From an uncultured Candidatus Saccharibacteria bacterium (GTDB lineage: Bacteria > Patescibacteriota > Saccharimonadia > Saccharimonadales > CAYZZS01): a DNA stretch of 64,000 nucleotides. The notes beneath the pieces were generated by a model that was given only the letters and a program-made list of their open reading frames with translations, searched no databases and was not told the DNA's origin. The stretch is from the NCBI GenBank assembly GCA_964483035.1, contig CAYZZS010000001.1, positions 6,979 through 70,978 on the forward strand, in the 5' to 3' direction. Below, one piece after another: positions 16,537-26,976 of this stretch; the stretch's first letter is position 1; every line of letters starts with the position of its first letter. Made by a program: the position numbers and the translations under genes.

Positions 16537-17064
16537 ATGGCAGATTACGATGCTCTCTATGAATTTGGGAAGAAGGGCGAGTATATCAATACTGTATCGG
16601 AGATACCAAAAGGCTCGATGCTGAAAATTGAGTATGATCGAGAGAAGAAGGTATTTATTCTTGACCGGGTCGAGCCGGGTATTTTCGCAAAGCCGGTCAA
16701 TTACGGCTTTATTCCTCAGACGCTAGACGAAGATGGCGACGCACTCGATACGCTTATTCTGACCGATGAGCCGCTTCCGACTGGAGTTGTAGTGAAGGCG
16801 AAAGTTGTGGGCGTGCTGAACTTTGAAGATGGCGGAGAGAACGATCATAAGGTCATCTGCGTTCCTGAAGACGATCGTCACTGGGGCAACGAGATCAATG
16901 ACATCGCTGATGTTTCCGAGGCCTGGAAGAGGCAGGTCGAGCACCACTTCAATCACTACAAGGATCTTAAAAAAGCCGGCACCACTAAGGTCTTGGGCTG
17001 GGGTAATGCTGCCGAAGCCTGGAAGGTGATCGAGGCGTGCGCTCAGGAGTACGCCAAAGCGTAG
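16537..17064 (+). CDS. ppa: Inorganic diphosphatase (family I)
   Basis: YGFIPQTLDEDGDALD, DHKVICV and 175-aa length. SD AAGGAG. Confidence 0.9.
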   Translation: MADYDALYEFGKKGEYINTVSEIPKGSMLKIEYDREKKVFILDRVEPGIFAKPVNYGFIPQTLDEDGDALDTLILTDEPLPTGVVVKAKVVGVLNFEDGGENDHKVICVPEDDRHWGNEINDIADVSEAWKRQVEHHFNHYKDLKKAGTTKVLGWGNAAEAWKVIEACAQEYAKA

Positions 17065-17091
17065 CTTGACTGCTGCCGGCCAAGATTTACC

Positions 17092-17124
17092 GAGCGCTCC
17101 GTTGGTGTACGGAGCGCTTTTTTG
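17092..17124 (+). terminator. Intrinsic terminator after ppa
   Basis: GAGCGCTCCG-ttggtgta-CGGAGCGCT followed by TTTTTT. Confidence 0.75.
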
Positions 17125-17147
17125 TAACCAAAAAAGCAGGACGAACC

Positions 17148-17176
17148 TTGAGCTTTAAACCGTAAGCATATACAAT
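17148..17176 (+). promoter_or_regulatory. Sigma70-type promoter of the gap/pentose-phosphate block
   Basis: TTGAGC-N17-TACAAT, located between the ppa terminator and gap. Confidence 0.45.
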
Positions 17177-17202
17177 ACCACTGAAGAGAAAAGGGGAATG
17201 GT

Positions 17203-18267
17203 ATGAAGACACGCGTAGCGATTAACGGGTTTGGCCGTATTGGCCGTAATGCGTTTAAGGTGGCGTATGACCGTTCGGATATTGACGTCGTTGCCATTAA
17301 TGACCTGACAGACACAAAAACACTGGCCTATTTATTGAAACATGACAGTAATTATGGCACCTACCAATATGAGGTCGGGCACAATGATGAGGTAATCACT
17401 GTCAACGGTAGTCATATCAAGGTCCTGTCTGAAAAGGATCCCGCTAAACTGCCCTGGAAAGACATGGATGTCGATGTAGTTATTGAGTCTACTGGCTTGT
17501 TTGTAGATCCCGAGAAAGCTAAGGCCCATATTGAAGCAGGGGCGAAAAAAGTTGTCATATCAGCTCCGGCGAAAGGTGAGGGTGCGACGACAATCGTCCT
17601 TGGCGTTAACGAGGATAAGCTGGAAAAATCAGGAGACGTTATCAGTAATGCCTCGTGCACGACGAACTGTATTACTCCGGTGGCCGCTGTCATGGAGCGA
17701 ACATTTGGCATCGAGAAGGCTATGATGACCACGGTGCACAGCTATACGGCAAGCCAGCGGCTGCAGGACGCGCCAGCTAAGGATTTACGCGAGGCACGGA
17801 ATGCTGCGGAGAACATCGTCCCGACGACGACTGGTGCTTCAGTCGCAGCGGCAAAAGCACTACCGGCTTTGGAGGGCATATTCGGGGGGCTGAGTGTTCG
17901 TGTACCAACCCCGGTCGTGTCCCTAAGCGACTTTGTGATTCTGACAAAAAAGAAGGTTACTGTCGAAGAGGTCAATAATGCCTTTATCGAAGCAGCAAAA
18001 GAGCCGTTCTATCAAGGGATCCTGGCTGTCACTAAAGAGGAGCTGGTGTCGAGTGATTTTATCGGCGACAGCCATTCTGCTACGGTAGATCTGAATCTGA
18101 CGGCGGTCGTAGGTGGCAACATGGTGAAGGTCGTTGCCTGGTATGACAATGAGTGGGGATACAGTAACCGTCTTGTGGAGGTTGTGTCTGATGTTGGCAG
18201 GATGCTGCGCCATAAGGATGGAGGAGGCAAAGGAGCCTATCAGCGGCCAGCTGAGGCGGCGCTCTAG
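17203..18267 (+). CDS. gap: Type I glyceraldehyde-3-phosphate dehydrogenase
   Basis: INGFGRIGR and SNASCTTNC active site, plus WYDNEWGYS. Confidence 0.93.
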   Translation: MKTRVAINGFGRIGRNAFKVAYDRSDIDVVAINDLTDTKTLAYLLKHDSNYGTYQYEVGHNDEVITVNGSHIKVLSEKDPAKLPWKDMDVDVVIESTGLFVDPEKAKAHIEAGAKKVVISAPAKGEGATTIVLGVNEDKLEKSGDVISNASCTTNCITPVAAVMERTFGIEKAMMTTVHSYTASQRLQDAPAKDLREARNAAENIVPTTTGASVAAAKALPALEGIFGGLSVRVPTPVVSLSDFVILTKKKVTVEEVNNAFIEAAKEPFYQGILAVTKEELVSSDFIGDSHSATVDLNLTAVVGGNMVKVVAWYDNEWGYSNRLVEVVSDVGRMLRHKDGGGKGAYQRPAEAAL

Positions 18268-18317
18268 CTCTGCTCAGCCTCATGGGTGTCAAGTAAATCT
18301 GCAAGGAGGTGAGATTG

Positions 18318-18764
18318 ATGAGAATATACATCGGAGCCGATCATAATGGCTATAAGCTGAAGGGTATTGTTTCGGAGTATCTCAAAAAACGAGGCTACGA
18401 AGTTGTCGATGTCGGGGGAGATCAGTTTGATCCTGATGATGACTTCCCGCAGTTTGCAGGCCGGCTATCAAGCGAATTGCTCGCGAGTGATGATCATGAT
18501 GCTAAGGGCATACTGATATGCGGTAGCGGTCAGGGGATGTGTATGGCAGCGAACCGGTTCAAGGGGATACGAGCCAGCCTTGTCTGGGATTCCCAAGAGG
18601 CTGTAGAGGCTCGCAATGATAGTGACAGTAACGTGTTGTGTCTGCCGGCGCGGGTACTTAGCAAGGATGAGGCGTTCAAGATTATCGATGTTTGGCTGTC
18701 CACTCCGTTTGCTGGGGCAGCGCGGTATATCAGGCGAGTCAAGCAGTTGGATGAGCTAGGGTAG
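18318..18764 (+). CDS. rpiB: Ribose-5-phosphate isomerase B (RpiB/LacAB family)
   Basis: MRIYIGADHNGY.., ILICGSGQGMCMAANR. The ATG at 18318 lies 5 nt after AAGGAGGTGA. Confidence 0.88.
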   Translation: MRIYIGADHNGYKLKGIVSEYLKKRGYEVVDVGGDQFDPDDDFPQFAGRLSSELLASDDHDAKGILICGSGQGMCMAANRFKGIRASLVWDSQEAVEARNDSDSNVLCLPARVLSKDEAFKIIDVWLSTPFAGAARYIRRVKQLDELG

Positions 18765-18770
18765 GTAGCA

Positions 18771-19403
18771 ATGCCTGTAGTGTGCCCAACTGTCCTTGCT
18801 ATTAATAAAGCTGACTATGAGCGGCAGATGCAACGCGTAGGTGGCCTGGCGCCCCGTATGCAGATTGATCTCGTTGACGGGGATTTCTCCTCAGCCAAGA
18901 CAATTGCACTGCGCGAAGCGTGGTGGCCCAAAAAGGTCCAAGCAGATATTCACCTAATGTATCGTCGGCCTATGGATGAGATACTAAAGCTTGTCCGCCT
19001 GCAGCCACATATGGTTATAGTGCATGCAGAAGCAGAGGGGGATTTCGTGGCCTTCTCTGACGCCATGCGCAGCTCGGGTGTCAAGGCTGGTGTAGCTTTG
19101 CTGCAGGAGACTTCACCTGAGCTGATTAGGAAATTCGTACGCCATATTGATCACGTATTGATCTTTTCCGGCAATCTCGGCTATTTCGGCGGCAGCGCCG
19201 ATCTGTCTCTGCTCGATAAGGTTAGGGCTATCAAGGAATTTGCGCCGGATATGGAGATTGGCTGGGATGGCGGCATTAACGCTGATAATATTCAGAAGCT
19301 GGTGGCTGGTGGCGTAGATGTGCTGAATGTCGGAGGGGGTCTACAGGGGGCTGATGATCCTGCCGCAGCTTATGCTACACTGGTATCATTAGCAGAAACA
19401 TAG
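18771..19403 (+). CDS. rpe: Ribulose-phosphate 3-epimerase family protein (divergent)
   Basis: TIM-barrel RPE landmarks are present but divergent: IDLVDGDF, IHLM, VLIFSGNLGYFGG, IGWDGGI. Confidence 0.6.
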   Translation: MPVVCPTVLAINKADYERQMQRVGGLAPRMQIDLVDGDFSSAKTIALREAWWPKKVQADIHLMYRRPMDEILKLVRLQPHMVIVHAEAEGDFVAFSDAMRSSGVKAGVALLQETSPELIRKFVRHIDHVLIFSGNLGYFGGSADLSLLDKVRAIKEFAPDMEIGWDGGINADNIQKLVAGGVDVLNVGGGLQGADDPAAAYATLVSLAET

Positions 19404-19411
19404 AGAAGAAA

Positions 19412-20275
19412 ATGGGAAAGCAGACTAAACTTACTACTGAACAGCTTGCATTAACAGCTAACCTGATTCGTCAGGATATTATTAAAATGCTTGAGCATGC
19501 CGGCAGCGGCCATAGTGCAGGACCGCTTGGGCTGGCTGATATATTCACTGCACTTTATTTTGATATATTAAAGCACGATCCGAAGCGGCCGGATTGGGAC
19601 CAGCGCGATTTGTTGCTGCTGTCTAACGGACACTGTGTACCGGTCCAGTATGCCGCTATGGCACACGCTGGCTACTTTGACCGCAAGGAGTTGTTGACGC
19701 TCCGTCAATTTGGCTCTCGGCTGCAAGGACATCCGGAGCGGGAAGTGTTACCGGGGATTGAGACAACGAGCGGGCCGCTCGGCTGTGGATTGAGTCAGGC
19801 CTGTGGCATGGCACTGGCTATGCGTATGAATTCCAGTACGCACCGGTGGGTCTATGTAGTGATGGGTGACGGTGAGCTGAATGAGGGCAATATTTGGGAA
19901 GCAGCTATGCTGGCGTCAAAGTATCGGCTGAATAATGTCATCGGTATCATTGATCGCAATAGTATACAAATTGACGGCCAAACCGAGGATGTCATGCCGC
20001 TGGAGGATTTGAAAAGCAAATGGGAGTCATTCGGCTGGGCAGTAATAGAGATCGACGGAAATAATATAGAGGCGGTAATTGATGCCTGTTCGATGGCACG
20101 AGCGATTGTCGAGAAGCCGACAATGATTATTGCGCATACGATCCCTGGCAAGGGCGTAGATTTTATGGAGTATGATTTCCGGTGGCATGGAACTCCGCCC
20201 AATCGTGAGCAAGCCAAGGAAGCATTGAAGGATCTAAGGACACTGCAAGGCAAGATCAGGAGCGAACACCAATGA
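19412..20275 (+). CDS. Transketolase, N-terminal (TPP-binding) subunit
   Basis: GSGHSAGPLGLADI, GDGELNEGNIWEA. Split-type tkt whose stop overlaps the next start (ATGA). Confidence 0.9.
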   Translation: MGKQTKLTTEQLALTANLIRQDIIKMLEHAGSGHSAGPLGLADIFTALYFDILKHDPKRPDWDQRDLLLLSNGHCVPVQYAAMAHAGYFDRKELLTLRQFGSRLQGHPEREVLPGIETTSGPLGCGLSQACGMALAMRMNSSTHRWVYVVMGDGELNEGNIWEAAMLASKYRLNNVIGIIDRNSIQIDGQTEDVMPLEDLKSKWESFGWAVIEIDGNNIEAVIDACSMARAIVEKPTMIIAHTIPGKGVDFMEYDFRWHGTPPNREQAKEALKDLRTLQGKIRSEHQ

Positions 20276-21246
20276 GCCAGAATGTATATCTGATTGATGA
20301 TTTATTTGCGAAAGATATCGCCATGGAGCCGATTCGAAAGGGCTTCGGGCGTGGGCTTAAGGCGGCCGGTGAGCAGGACGAACGGGTAGTGGCAGCTTGT
20401 GCCGATCTTACTGAGTCGACTCAGATGCACCTGTTTCGTGATGCGTTTCCGGAACGGTTTGTGGAGATAGGAGTCGCAGAGCAGAACTTGGTAACGGTAG
20501 GGTCTGGCTTGGCTGCTATGGGGAAGATCCCTTTTGTGAGTAGCTATGCGGCATTTAGTCCTGGCCGGAACTGGGAGCAAATTCGGACGACCATAGCACT
20601 TAATAATCAACCAGTGAAGGTTGTCGGATCTCATGCCGGCATTTCGGTTGGGCCGGATGGCGCAACCCATCAGATGCTCGAAGATATTGCAATCATGCGA
20701 GCGATGCCAAATATGGTGGTGTTGGCGCCGGCCGATAGCATGGAGGCGGAGAGAGCGACTATGGCTCTTGCTCAAGATGGTCGTCCGGCATATATGCGGC
20801 TCGCCAGGGAAGCTACACCGGTTTTTACAACCGAAAAGACCCCTTTTGAAATTGGCAAAGCTTACGTTTTGACGCAAGGTACGGACGTGACAATAGTCGC
20901 AACAGGCACCATGACGTATGAGGCGTTAGTGGCTGCCAAGAAGCTGGAGGCGGACGGTGTCAGTGCCGAAGTTGTTCATGTGCCGACCATTAAGCCGCTT
21001 GATAAATCGACGATACTTGGCAGTGTTTCGAAGACGAAAGCTGTCGTGACTGCAGAAGAGGCTCAGGTAACTGGTGGCTTGGGCGGTGCAATTGCCGAGC
21101 TGCTCGGTGAAGAGCTGCCCCGACCGTTGCGGCGAGTAGGGGTTAAGGATCGCTTTGGCGAATCGGGCAAGCCAGGTGAACTTATGGAGCATTTTGGCTT
21201 GACCGCTCGGTATATCGTTATGGCAGTGCATAGCGTAATAGATTAA
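20272..21246 (+). CDS. Transketolase, C-terminal (pyrimidine-binding/C-terminal domain) subunit
   Basis: FVEIGVAEQNLV, GPDGATHQMLEDIAIMRAMPNM. Confidence 0.9.
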   Translation: MSQNVYLIDDLFAKDIAMEPIRKGFGRGLKAAGEQDERVVAACADLTESTQMHLFRDAFPERFVEIGVAEQNLVTVGSGLAAMGKIPFVSSYAAFSPGRNWEQIRTTIALNNQPVKVVGSHAGISVGPDGATHQMLEDIAIMRAMPNMVVLAPADSMEAERATMALAQDGRPAYMRLAREATPVFTTEKTPFEIGKAYVLTQGTDVTIVATGTMTYEALVAAKKLEADGVSAEVVHVPTIKPLDKSTILGSVSKTKAVVTAEEAQVTGGLGGAIAELLGEELPRPLRRVGVKDRFGESGKPGELMEHFGLTARYIVMAVHSVID

Positions 21247-21317
21247 TAGCTGTTTAGCTCTGGTATTGCTTTGCCAGACTGGAAATAACAACCATAAGCG
21301 TTTACAATACAGATATT

Positions 21318-22229
21318 ATGTCCCTAACACTCAGACAAATACGAGAAAATTGCCAAAAAGCACGCGAGGCCATGAATCGAGCCCGGCGGGGCCGCTATGC
21401 GCTCGGTGCGTTTAATATTGACGATCAAGAAACATTGATTGCAGTTGTGCGCGCTGCCAAAAAGAAGAATGCGCCATTGATGGTTGAAGTTAGCCAAGGC
21501 GAAGTTGATGCCATGGGGCTGGATAACGTGCGGGATATGGTTGATAACTACAAGCAAGAGTATGGTGTCGAGATGTACATCAATCTTGACCACTCCCCGA
21601 GCGTTGAAGCGGCTGTTGCCGGAATAGAGGCTGGCTTTGAGTTTATTCATATAGATATATCCCAAGCTGATCGCGAGGCTAGCGAAGAGGAGATTATTGC
21701 TAAGACAAGAGAGGTAGTGGCTTGCGCAAAATTAACTGGCGCGCTTGTTGAAAGTGAACCGCATTACTTCAGCGGCAGCTCTAATCTGCATAAGGAAAAG
21801 ATTAATTATGACGAAATAAAGAAGTCATTCAGCACTCCGGAGGGCGCTAAGCGGTTTGTGGACGCGACCCGAATTGATACGTTTGCAGCTGCAGTTGGTA
21901 ACCTGCACGGTAAATATCCCGTGCCAAAGATGCTAGACCTAAAGCTACTTCAAGATATTCGTAATGCAATATCATGCAATATCAGCCTTCACGGCGGTAG
22001 TGGCACGCCGGCACACTATTTCCGGGACGCGGTACAGATCGGAGTTACAAAGGTTAACATCAACTCGGACATGCGAATAGCATACCGGAAGACATTAGAG
22101 AAGGTATTAGCTGAGAACGAAGACGAATATGCAGTCATGAAGCTCATGCCAAAAGTGATCGATGCGGTGCAGGCGGTCGTGGAAAGCAAGATAGACATGT
22201 TCAACGCTGCCGGCAAGGCTCGCCCGTAA
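21318..22229 (+). CDS. fba: Class II fructose-bisphosphate aldolase
   Basis: GAFNIDD, NLDHS, SLHGGSG and LHGKY motifs of the class II FBA/tagatose-bisphosphate aldolase family. Confidence 0.85.
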   Translation: MSLTLRQIRENCQKAREAMNRARRGRYALGAFNIDDQETLIAVVRAAKKKNAPLMVEVSQGEVDAMGLDNVRDMVDNYKQEYGVEMYINLDHSPSVEAAVAGIEAGFEFIHIDISQADREASEEEIIAKTREVVACAKLTGALVESEPHYFSGSSNLHKEKINYDEIKKSFSTPEGAKRFVDATRIDTFAAAVGNLHGKYPVPKMLDLKLLQDIRNAISCNISLHGGSGTPAHYFRDAVQIGVTKVNINSDMRIAYRKTLEKVLAENEDEYAVMKLMPKVIDAVQAVVESKIDMFNAAGKARP

Positions 22230-22294
22230 GGTTGCATAAAGATATTTAACAGGTATCATAAGATAAGCATTAGCAATAAAAAAGGTGGAGAAAC

Positions 22295-23293
22295 ATGGCA
22301 CTCGAAGTCCTTTCAATAGGTGATACAGTCACCGACGCATTCATCAAGCTGTTTGACGACCGAGCCGTGACGTATGAGAACGATCAGGGTCAATGGATCG
22401 CAATGCCTTTTGGTACGAAGATTCCCTTCCAGGAGGCTCATGTTGTCAAAGGTGTAGGTAATGCAGCAAATGCTGCGGTCAGTTTTGCGCGGCTGGGAAT
22501 CCATAGCGGATTAATAAGCAATGTTGGTGGCGATGAGTACGGCCGCGATATCATTGACGCGCTTGAGCACGAGCGGGTAGATACCCGATTTGTTCGAATC
22601 CATCACGACAAGAAGACAAACTACCACTACGTACTGTGGTACAAGGAAGAGCGGACAATCCTGATAAATCATGAGGAGTATAACTATCAGTTCCCGCGCT
22701 TTACCAAGAACGATATACCAAATTGGGTATACTTCAGCTCCATTAGTAAGAATGCGCTTGATAGGTATCACGATATGGTGCTGGATTGGCTTGATGAGTA
22801 TCCGCATATCAAGCTAGTCTTCCAGCCAGGAACATTCCAGCTGGAGGCGCCTATCGAGAGCTTGAGTAGGCTGTATGCGCGCACCGAAGTTGTGATTATG
22901 AACCGCGAAGAGGCGGTGCAAGTAACCAATGGCAACTATGACGATATGCATGATCTATTCAATAAGTTTCATGCGTTAGGTCCTAAGATTGTCGTCATCA
23001 CTGACGGGCCGAGTGGCGCCTACGCCAGCGACGGAGAGAATCGCTACAAGATGCCACCATACCCTGATCCAGCACCTCCTTATGAGCGCACGGGCGCGGG
23101 TGATGCGTTCTCTTCAGCTTTTGTTGGCGCACTTATTAAGGGTAATACTATCGAGGGTGCGCTGCAGTGGGCACCGATAAACTCTATGAATGTCGTTCAG
23201 AAGGTTGGTGCCCAGGAAGGATTGCTCCGCCAGGCACAGATTGAGGAGTTTCTAGCATCGGCACCGGATTGGTACAAGCCTGAGCGAATATAA
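22295..23293 (+). CDS. PfkB-family carbohydrate kinase
   Basis: Ribokinase-like fold with the C-terminal TGAGDAF anion-hole motif. Substrate not assignable from sequence. Confidence 0.75.
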   Translation: MALEVLSIGDTVTDAFIKLFDDRAVTYENDQGQWIAMPFGTKIPFQEAHVVKGVGNAANAAVSFARLGIHSGLISNVGGDEYGRDIIDALEHERVDTRFVRIHHDKKTNYHYVLWYKEERTILINHEEYNYQFPRFTKNDIPNWVYFSSISKNALDRYHDMVLDWLDEYPHIKLVFQPGTFQLEAPIESLSRLYARTEVVIMNREEAVQVTNGNYDDMHDLFNKFHALGPKIVVITDGPSGAYASDGENRYKMPPYPDPAPPYERTGAGDAFSSAFVGALIKGNTIEGALQWAPINSMNVVQKVGAQEGLLRQAQIEEFLASAPDWYKPERI

Positions 23294-23315
23294 CGGTAGT
23301 TAAACACGCCCGAAG

Positions 23316-23355
23316 AGCCAGTCTGCAATGTATATGTGCAGGCTGGTTTGCATTT
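23316..23355 (+). terminator. Intrinsic terminator after the PfkB kinase gene
   Basis: CCAGTCTGCA (23318-27) pairs with TGCAGGCTGG (23337-46), with one G-U pair, followed by TTTGCATTT. Confidence 0.6.
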
Positions 23356-23404
23356 CAGGGCTAGGCTGGAGCTTTACAGCTAGGGACTGAGCTTCGAGCA
23401 TGTT

Positions 23405-24694
23405 ATGCTAATGGTAATTATGTGTCGAACGTTGTCTGAGCTATTAGGGGCTGCCGAACCAATGTTTACGCAGGCATTGCGTCATTTGGAGCATGTCACT
23501 GGTAATCCCAGTGCAGATGTAAGACTGCAGGCGGAGATACTCGGTAAGGTTCAACAGAAGAGGCGATATCTTGTGCCGTACGCGGATGATGCGACCGGTA
23601 AGGAGATATATGCGGCATTACTCAGGAAAGTGCACGACCATGACATCAGCCTCGTCCGTGCACTAGGTGGTAGCAATGCGGCTGATGCTGCTGATGTATT
23701 TGAGCGGGTTATAAAGGCGGTGCCCAAGCTTGATGATAATCAGACCTGCTGGGCCCTCAAGTACAGCGTAGCCAAGCGGCTGATAAAGCAAAGTCCGCCC
23801 AAGAAGACTATGAAAGCTCTTGGCTATAAGTCAGTTGACTCCATGCTAAAGCGCGAGCACGTTGCCAAGCTCTATGCTGCCATGCAGCTCACTGAGACTG
23901 ATGAGTGGTTAAAGACATTTCATGCAAAATACAAATCACTGACACCTCAGAATTTTGAAAAGCGAAAAATAGACATTGTGACGGTTTCGGGTGTCAAATG
24001 GCAGAAATTTGCAGAGCTCTACACTCATAATAATCGTCATACTATTCTGGCCTTCAGGGAGCTAGGTGCTATTGTGGCGTTCCCGGTTCCAGTGAAGTCA
24101 ATGCCGGGGCTTGCGATTACGTTACTTACGCTTTTGCTCCGGTACTGCAGCGAGCTACGAATGTACAGTGCATACTTCAAGCTGCATCAAATGAAGTCGA
24201 CATTTGGCAAAGAAGTGCTTGAGGCCCTCTTTGCGGAGGATCTGCATGTGGCTCGACTGGCCGGACAGCCGGTCAGATGGCGCGTGCTGCACCGTCACTA
24301 CAGTAGAAACGGTTCGCATCCGGAAGTGCTCGAGCCGCATATCCAGCCGGAAGATTTACACTGGCGTCACGCAGGTTTGGTGCTGGCGAAGCTGGTGCCA
24401 GATATGCTGTTCTGGCACGACACGGATTTTGTCGGCATGATGAGTAGCGGTCAGCCAATATCCTTTAATTTGATTGATACGGCGATAAATTATTGCAACA
24501 AGATTGCCTTTGAGGACCGAGTCCATAGCCATATGCGGGACGCACTCTGGAACGAGATTATGGCTCGCTATGTCGGGCAGGAGCAGTTTGAGTCGGCTGT
24601 ACTGAGGCAGCTGGATGAAGCACATTTTGAGACAGGCAGCCTTAAGCGGCCGGAGGCAATGGCCGCCTTCAGAGCGGTACAGGAGGGGATTTGA
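23405..24694 (+). CDS. Hypothetical protein (429 aa, no recognisable domain)
   Basis: Long ORF with coding-like composition; start uncertain (three ATGs within the first 6 codons). Confidence 0.5.
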   Translation: MLMVIMCRTLSELLGAAEPMFTQALRHLEHVTGNPSADVRLQAEILGKVQQKRRYLVPYADDATGKEIYAALLRKVHDHDISLVRALGGSNAADAADVFERVIKAVPKLDDNQTCWALKYSVAKRLIKQSPPKKTMKALGYKSVDSMLKREHVAKLYAAMQLTETDEWLKTFHAKYKSLTPQNFEKRKIDIVTVSGVKWQKFAELYTHNNRHTILAFRELGAIVAFPVPVKSMPGLAITLLTLLLRYCSELRMYSAYFKLHQMKSTFGKEVLEALFAEDLHVARLAGQPVRWRVLHRHYSRNGSHPEVLEPHIQPEDLHWRHAGLVLAKLVPDMLFWHDTDFVGMMSSGQPISFNLIDTAINYCNKIAFEDRVHSHMRDALWNEIMARYVGQEQFESAVLRQLDEAHFETGSLKRPEAMAAFRAVQEGI

Positions 24695-24897
24695 AACGCA
24701 GAAATTTACTACTTGCTTTAGTTGGTGTTGCTATAGTTGTGGCAGTTATGGCTGCGTATGTTCTTGCAAACAGGTCCAGTCAGGAAGGCGGTATTAACAG
24801 CTTCGAGGAGTGCGCAGCTGCCGGTAATCCGATCATGGAGAGCTATCCACGCCGCTGCAATGCTAATGGTGAGACTTTTACAGAAGTCATAGAATAG
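24691..24897 (+). CDS. Small membrane-anchored/secreted protein
   Basis: 68 aa with an N-terminal TM or signal segment and a Cys pair in the C-terminal half. The TTG start overlaps the preceding stop and AGGAGGGG lies upstream. Confidence 0.5.
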   Translation: MKRRNLLLALVGVAIVVAVMAAYVLANRSSQEGGINSFEECAAAGNPIMESYPRRCNANGETFTEVIE

Positions 24898-24909
24898 GCC
24901 TTTGCCTGT

Positions 24910-24915
24910 TAGAAT
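24910..24915 (+). promoter_or_regulatory. -10-like hexamer TAGAAT 6 nt upstream of the uvrB start
   Basis: TAGAAT-acttgt-GTG, no SD. Confidence 0.35.
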
Positions 24916-24921
24916 ACTTGT

Positions 24922-26886
24922 GTGAATAAGTTTCAAATTACTTCTGACTATAAGCCGATGGGTGATCAGCCGGCGGCGATTGAGGCGTTGACCAAAGGGT
25001 TGCGTGGCGGTGTGAGGGAGCAGACACTGCTCGGCGTCACCGGTTCCGGCAAGACATTCACGATGGCAAATGTGATTCAGAATATACAGAAGCCAACACT
25101 TGTCATCTCACACAACAAGACGCTCGCTGCTCAGCTGTACTCAGAGTTTAAGCGCTTCTTTCCAGACAACGCCGTGCACTACTTTGTCAGCTATTTCGAC
25201 TACTATCAGCCGGAGGCGTATATCCCACGTTCCGATACGTACATCGAGAAAGACAGCCAAATTAATGAAGAGATTGATCGGTTGCGGCATGCGGCGACTG
25301 ATTCCCTGCTCAGTCGCAGCGATGTGATCATTGTTGCAAGTGTTAGCTGTATTTACGGCATCGGTTCAGTTGATGATTACGACGGACTATCGATAAAGGT
25401 CGCAGTTGGCGAACTTCGAAAACGAGACAAGCTCCTCAGGCATCTCACGGATATACAGTATCAACGCAACGACATTGACTTCCATCGTGGCACCTTTCGG
25501 GTTCGCGGTGATGTAGTCGATATATTTCCGGCAGGCGAAGAAGTCGCTTACCGGATTGAATTCTTTGGCGATGAAGTGGATAGAGTCACAAAAGTTGATC
25601 CGCTGACCGGGGAAATTTTACAGTCGCTTCAAGAGATAAAGGTTTTTCCCAGCTCTCACTTTGTGACTCCACAGGAGAATCTGAAACTGGCGCTTGGTAA
25701 GATTGAGCGCGAGCTTGAAGAGCGCCTGCAGTATTTCCGGAGCCACGGCATGCTGCTCGAGGCGCAGCGTCTGGAGCAGCGAACCCGCTTTGACTTGGAG
25801 ATGCTTGAAGAAACAGGGTTTGTAAAAGGCATTGAAAACTATAGTCGCTATCTAACTCACCGCGAGCCGGGCGAGCAGCCGGCGACATTATTGGACTACT
25901 ACCCCGATGACTTCCTGATGTTTATTGATGAATCTCATATGACAATCCCGCAAATTCGCGGTATGTACAATGGTGACCGAGCGCGGAAAGAAGTATTAGT
26001 GGAGCATGGTTTTCGCCTACCCAGCGCGCTTGACAACCGGCCGCTTACCTTTACTGAATTCGAACGGCACGTTAATCAGGTAGTCTATGTGAGTGCCACG
26101 CCAGCAGAGTATGAGCTGAGCCGAAGCCCGGAGCCGGTCCAACAGGTTATTCGTCCGACTGGACTGCTTGATCCGGTTATCGAAGTCAGGCCAATTGAGG
26201 GTCAGATCGATGACCTTATCAATGAAATTAAATCCACTATCGAAAAACGGCAACGGGTGCTCGTCACGACACTGACGAAGCGTATGGCAGAGGACCTGAC
26301 GGAGTATTTGCAGGAAATCCAAATCAAAGTAACGTATCTGCACAGTGATATTGATACTCTGGACCGGACAGATATCTTACGTGATTTACGGCTCGGGACG
26401 TATGACGTGGTGGTCGGTATTAATTTATTGCGTGAGGGGTTGGATCTGCCGGAGGTTTCACTTGTAGCCATACTTGACGCGGATAAGGAAGGGTTTCTTC
26501 GAAGCGAGCAGGCACTGATCCAGACGGTCGGCCGAGCTGCCAGACATGTTGAGGGGCGGGTAGTCATGTATGCGGATACGATTACCGGCAGTATGCAACG
26601 AACGATAGATGAAACGAATCGCCGGCGCAGTGTGCAGGAGGCATACAACAAAAAACACGGCATTACTCCAAGAGGTGTGAGTAAGGAGATTGAAAAAGGG
26701 ATTAGGCCAGACCTGCCTGAAGAGGCAAAGCGCGCAAAGCTGGATCTTAAGAAGATTCCAAAAGATGAGTATTCGCATCTGATTAAGGATTTGACTGCAC
26801 AAATGGAATTAGCTGCGGCCAACTTAGAGTTTGAGAAGGCGGCAGAACTTCGGGATGTGATTGAGGATGTCCGCAGGAAGATGTAG
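24922..26886 (+). CDS. uvrB: Excinuclease ABC subunit B
   Basis: GVTGSGKT, helicase motifs, C-terminal UVR motif ([11 protein letters not shown]). GTG start. Confidence 0.95.
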   Translation: MNKFQITSDYKPMGDQPAAIEALTKGLRGGVREQTLLGVTGSGKTFTMANVIQNIQKPTLVISHNKTLAAQLYSEFKRFFPDNAVHYFVSYFDYYQPEAYIPRSDTYIEKDSQINEEIDRLRHAATDSLLSRSDVIIVASVSCIYGIGSVDDYDGLSIKVAVGELRKRDKLLRHLTDIQYQRNDIDFHRGTFRVRGDVVDIFPAGEEVAYRIEFFGDEVDRVTKVDPLTGEILQSLQEIKVFPSSHFVTPQENLKLALGKIERELEERLQYFRSHGMLLEAQRLEQRTRFDLEMLEETGFVKGIENYSRYLTHREPGEQPATLLDYYPDDFLMFIDESHMTIPQIRGMYNGDRARKEVLVEHGFRLPSALDNRPLTFTEFERHVNQVVYVSATPAEYELSRSPEPVQQVIRPTGLLDPVIEVRPIEGQIDDLINEIKSTIEKRQRVLVTTLTKRMAEDLTEYLQEIQIKVTYLHSDIDTLDRTDILRDLRLGTYDVVVGINLLREGLDLPEVSLVAILDADKEGFLRSEQALIQTVGRAARHVEGRVVMYADTITGSMQRTIDETNRRRSVQEAYNKKHGITPRGVSKEIEKGIRPDLPEEAKRAKLDLKKIPKDEYSHLIKDLTAQMELAAANLEFEKAAELRDVIEDVRRKM

Positions 26887-26962
26887 ATTGTCGAAGATAT
26901 GATTACTTCTAATTGTATAATGCGAGAAGTTTGTCAATATAGCTCATCTGTTATGAGGCTGG

Positions 26963-26968
26963 TATACT
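26963..26968 (+). promoter_or_regulatory. -10-like hexamer TATACT 8 nt upstream of the gatC ATG
   Basis: TATACT-gaaataat-ATG, no SD. Confidence 0.4.
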
Positions 26969-26976
26969 GAAATAAT

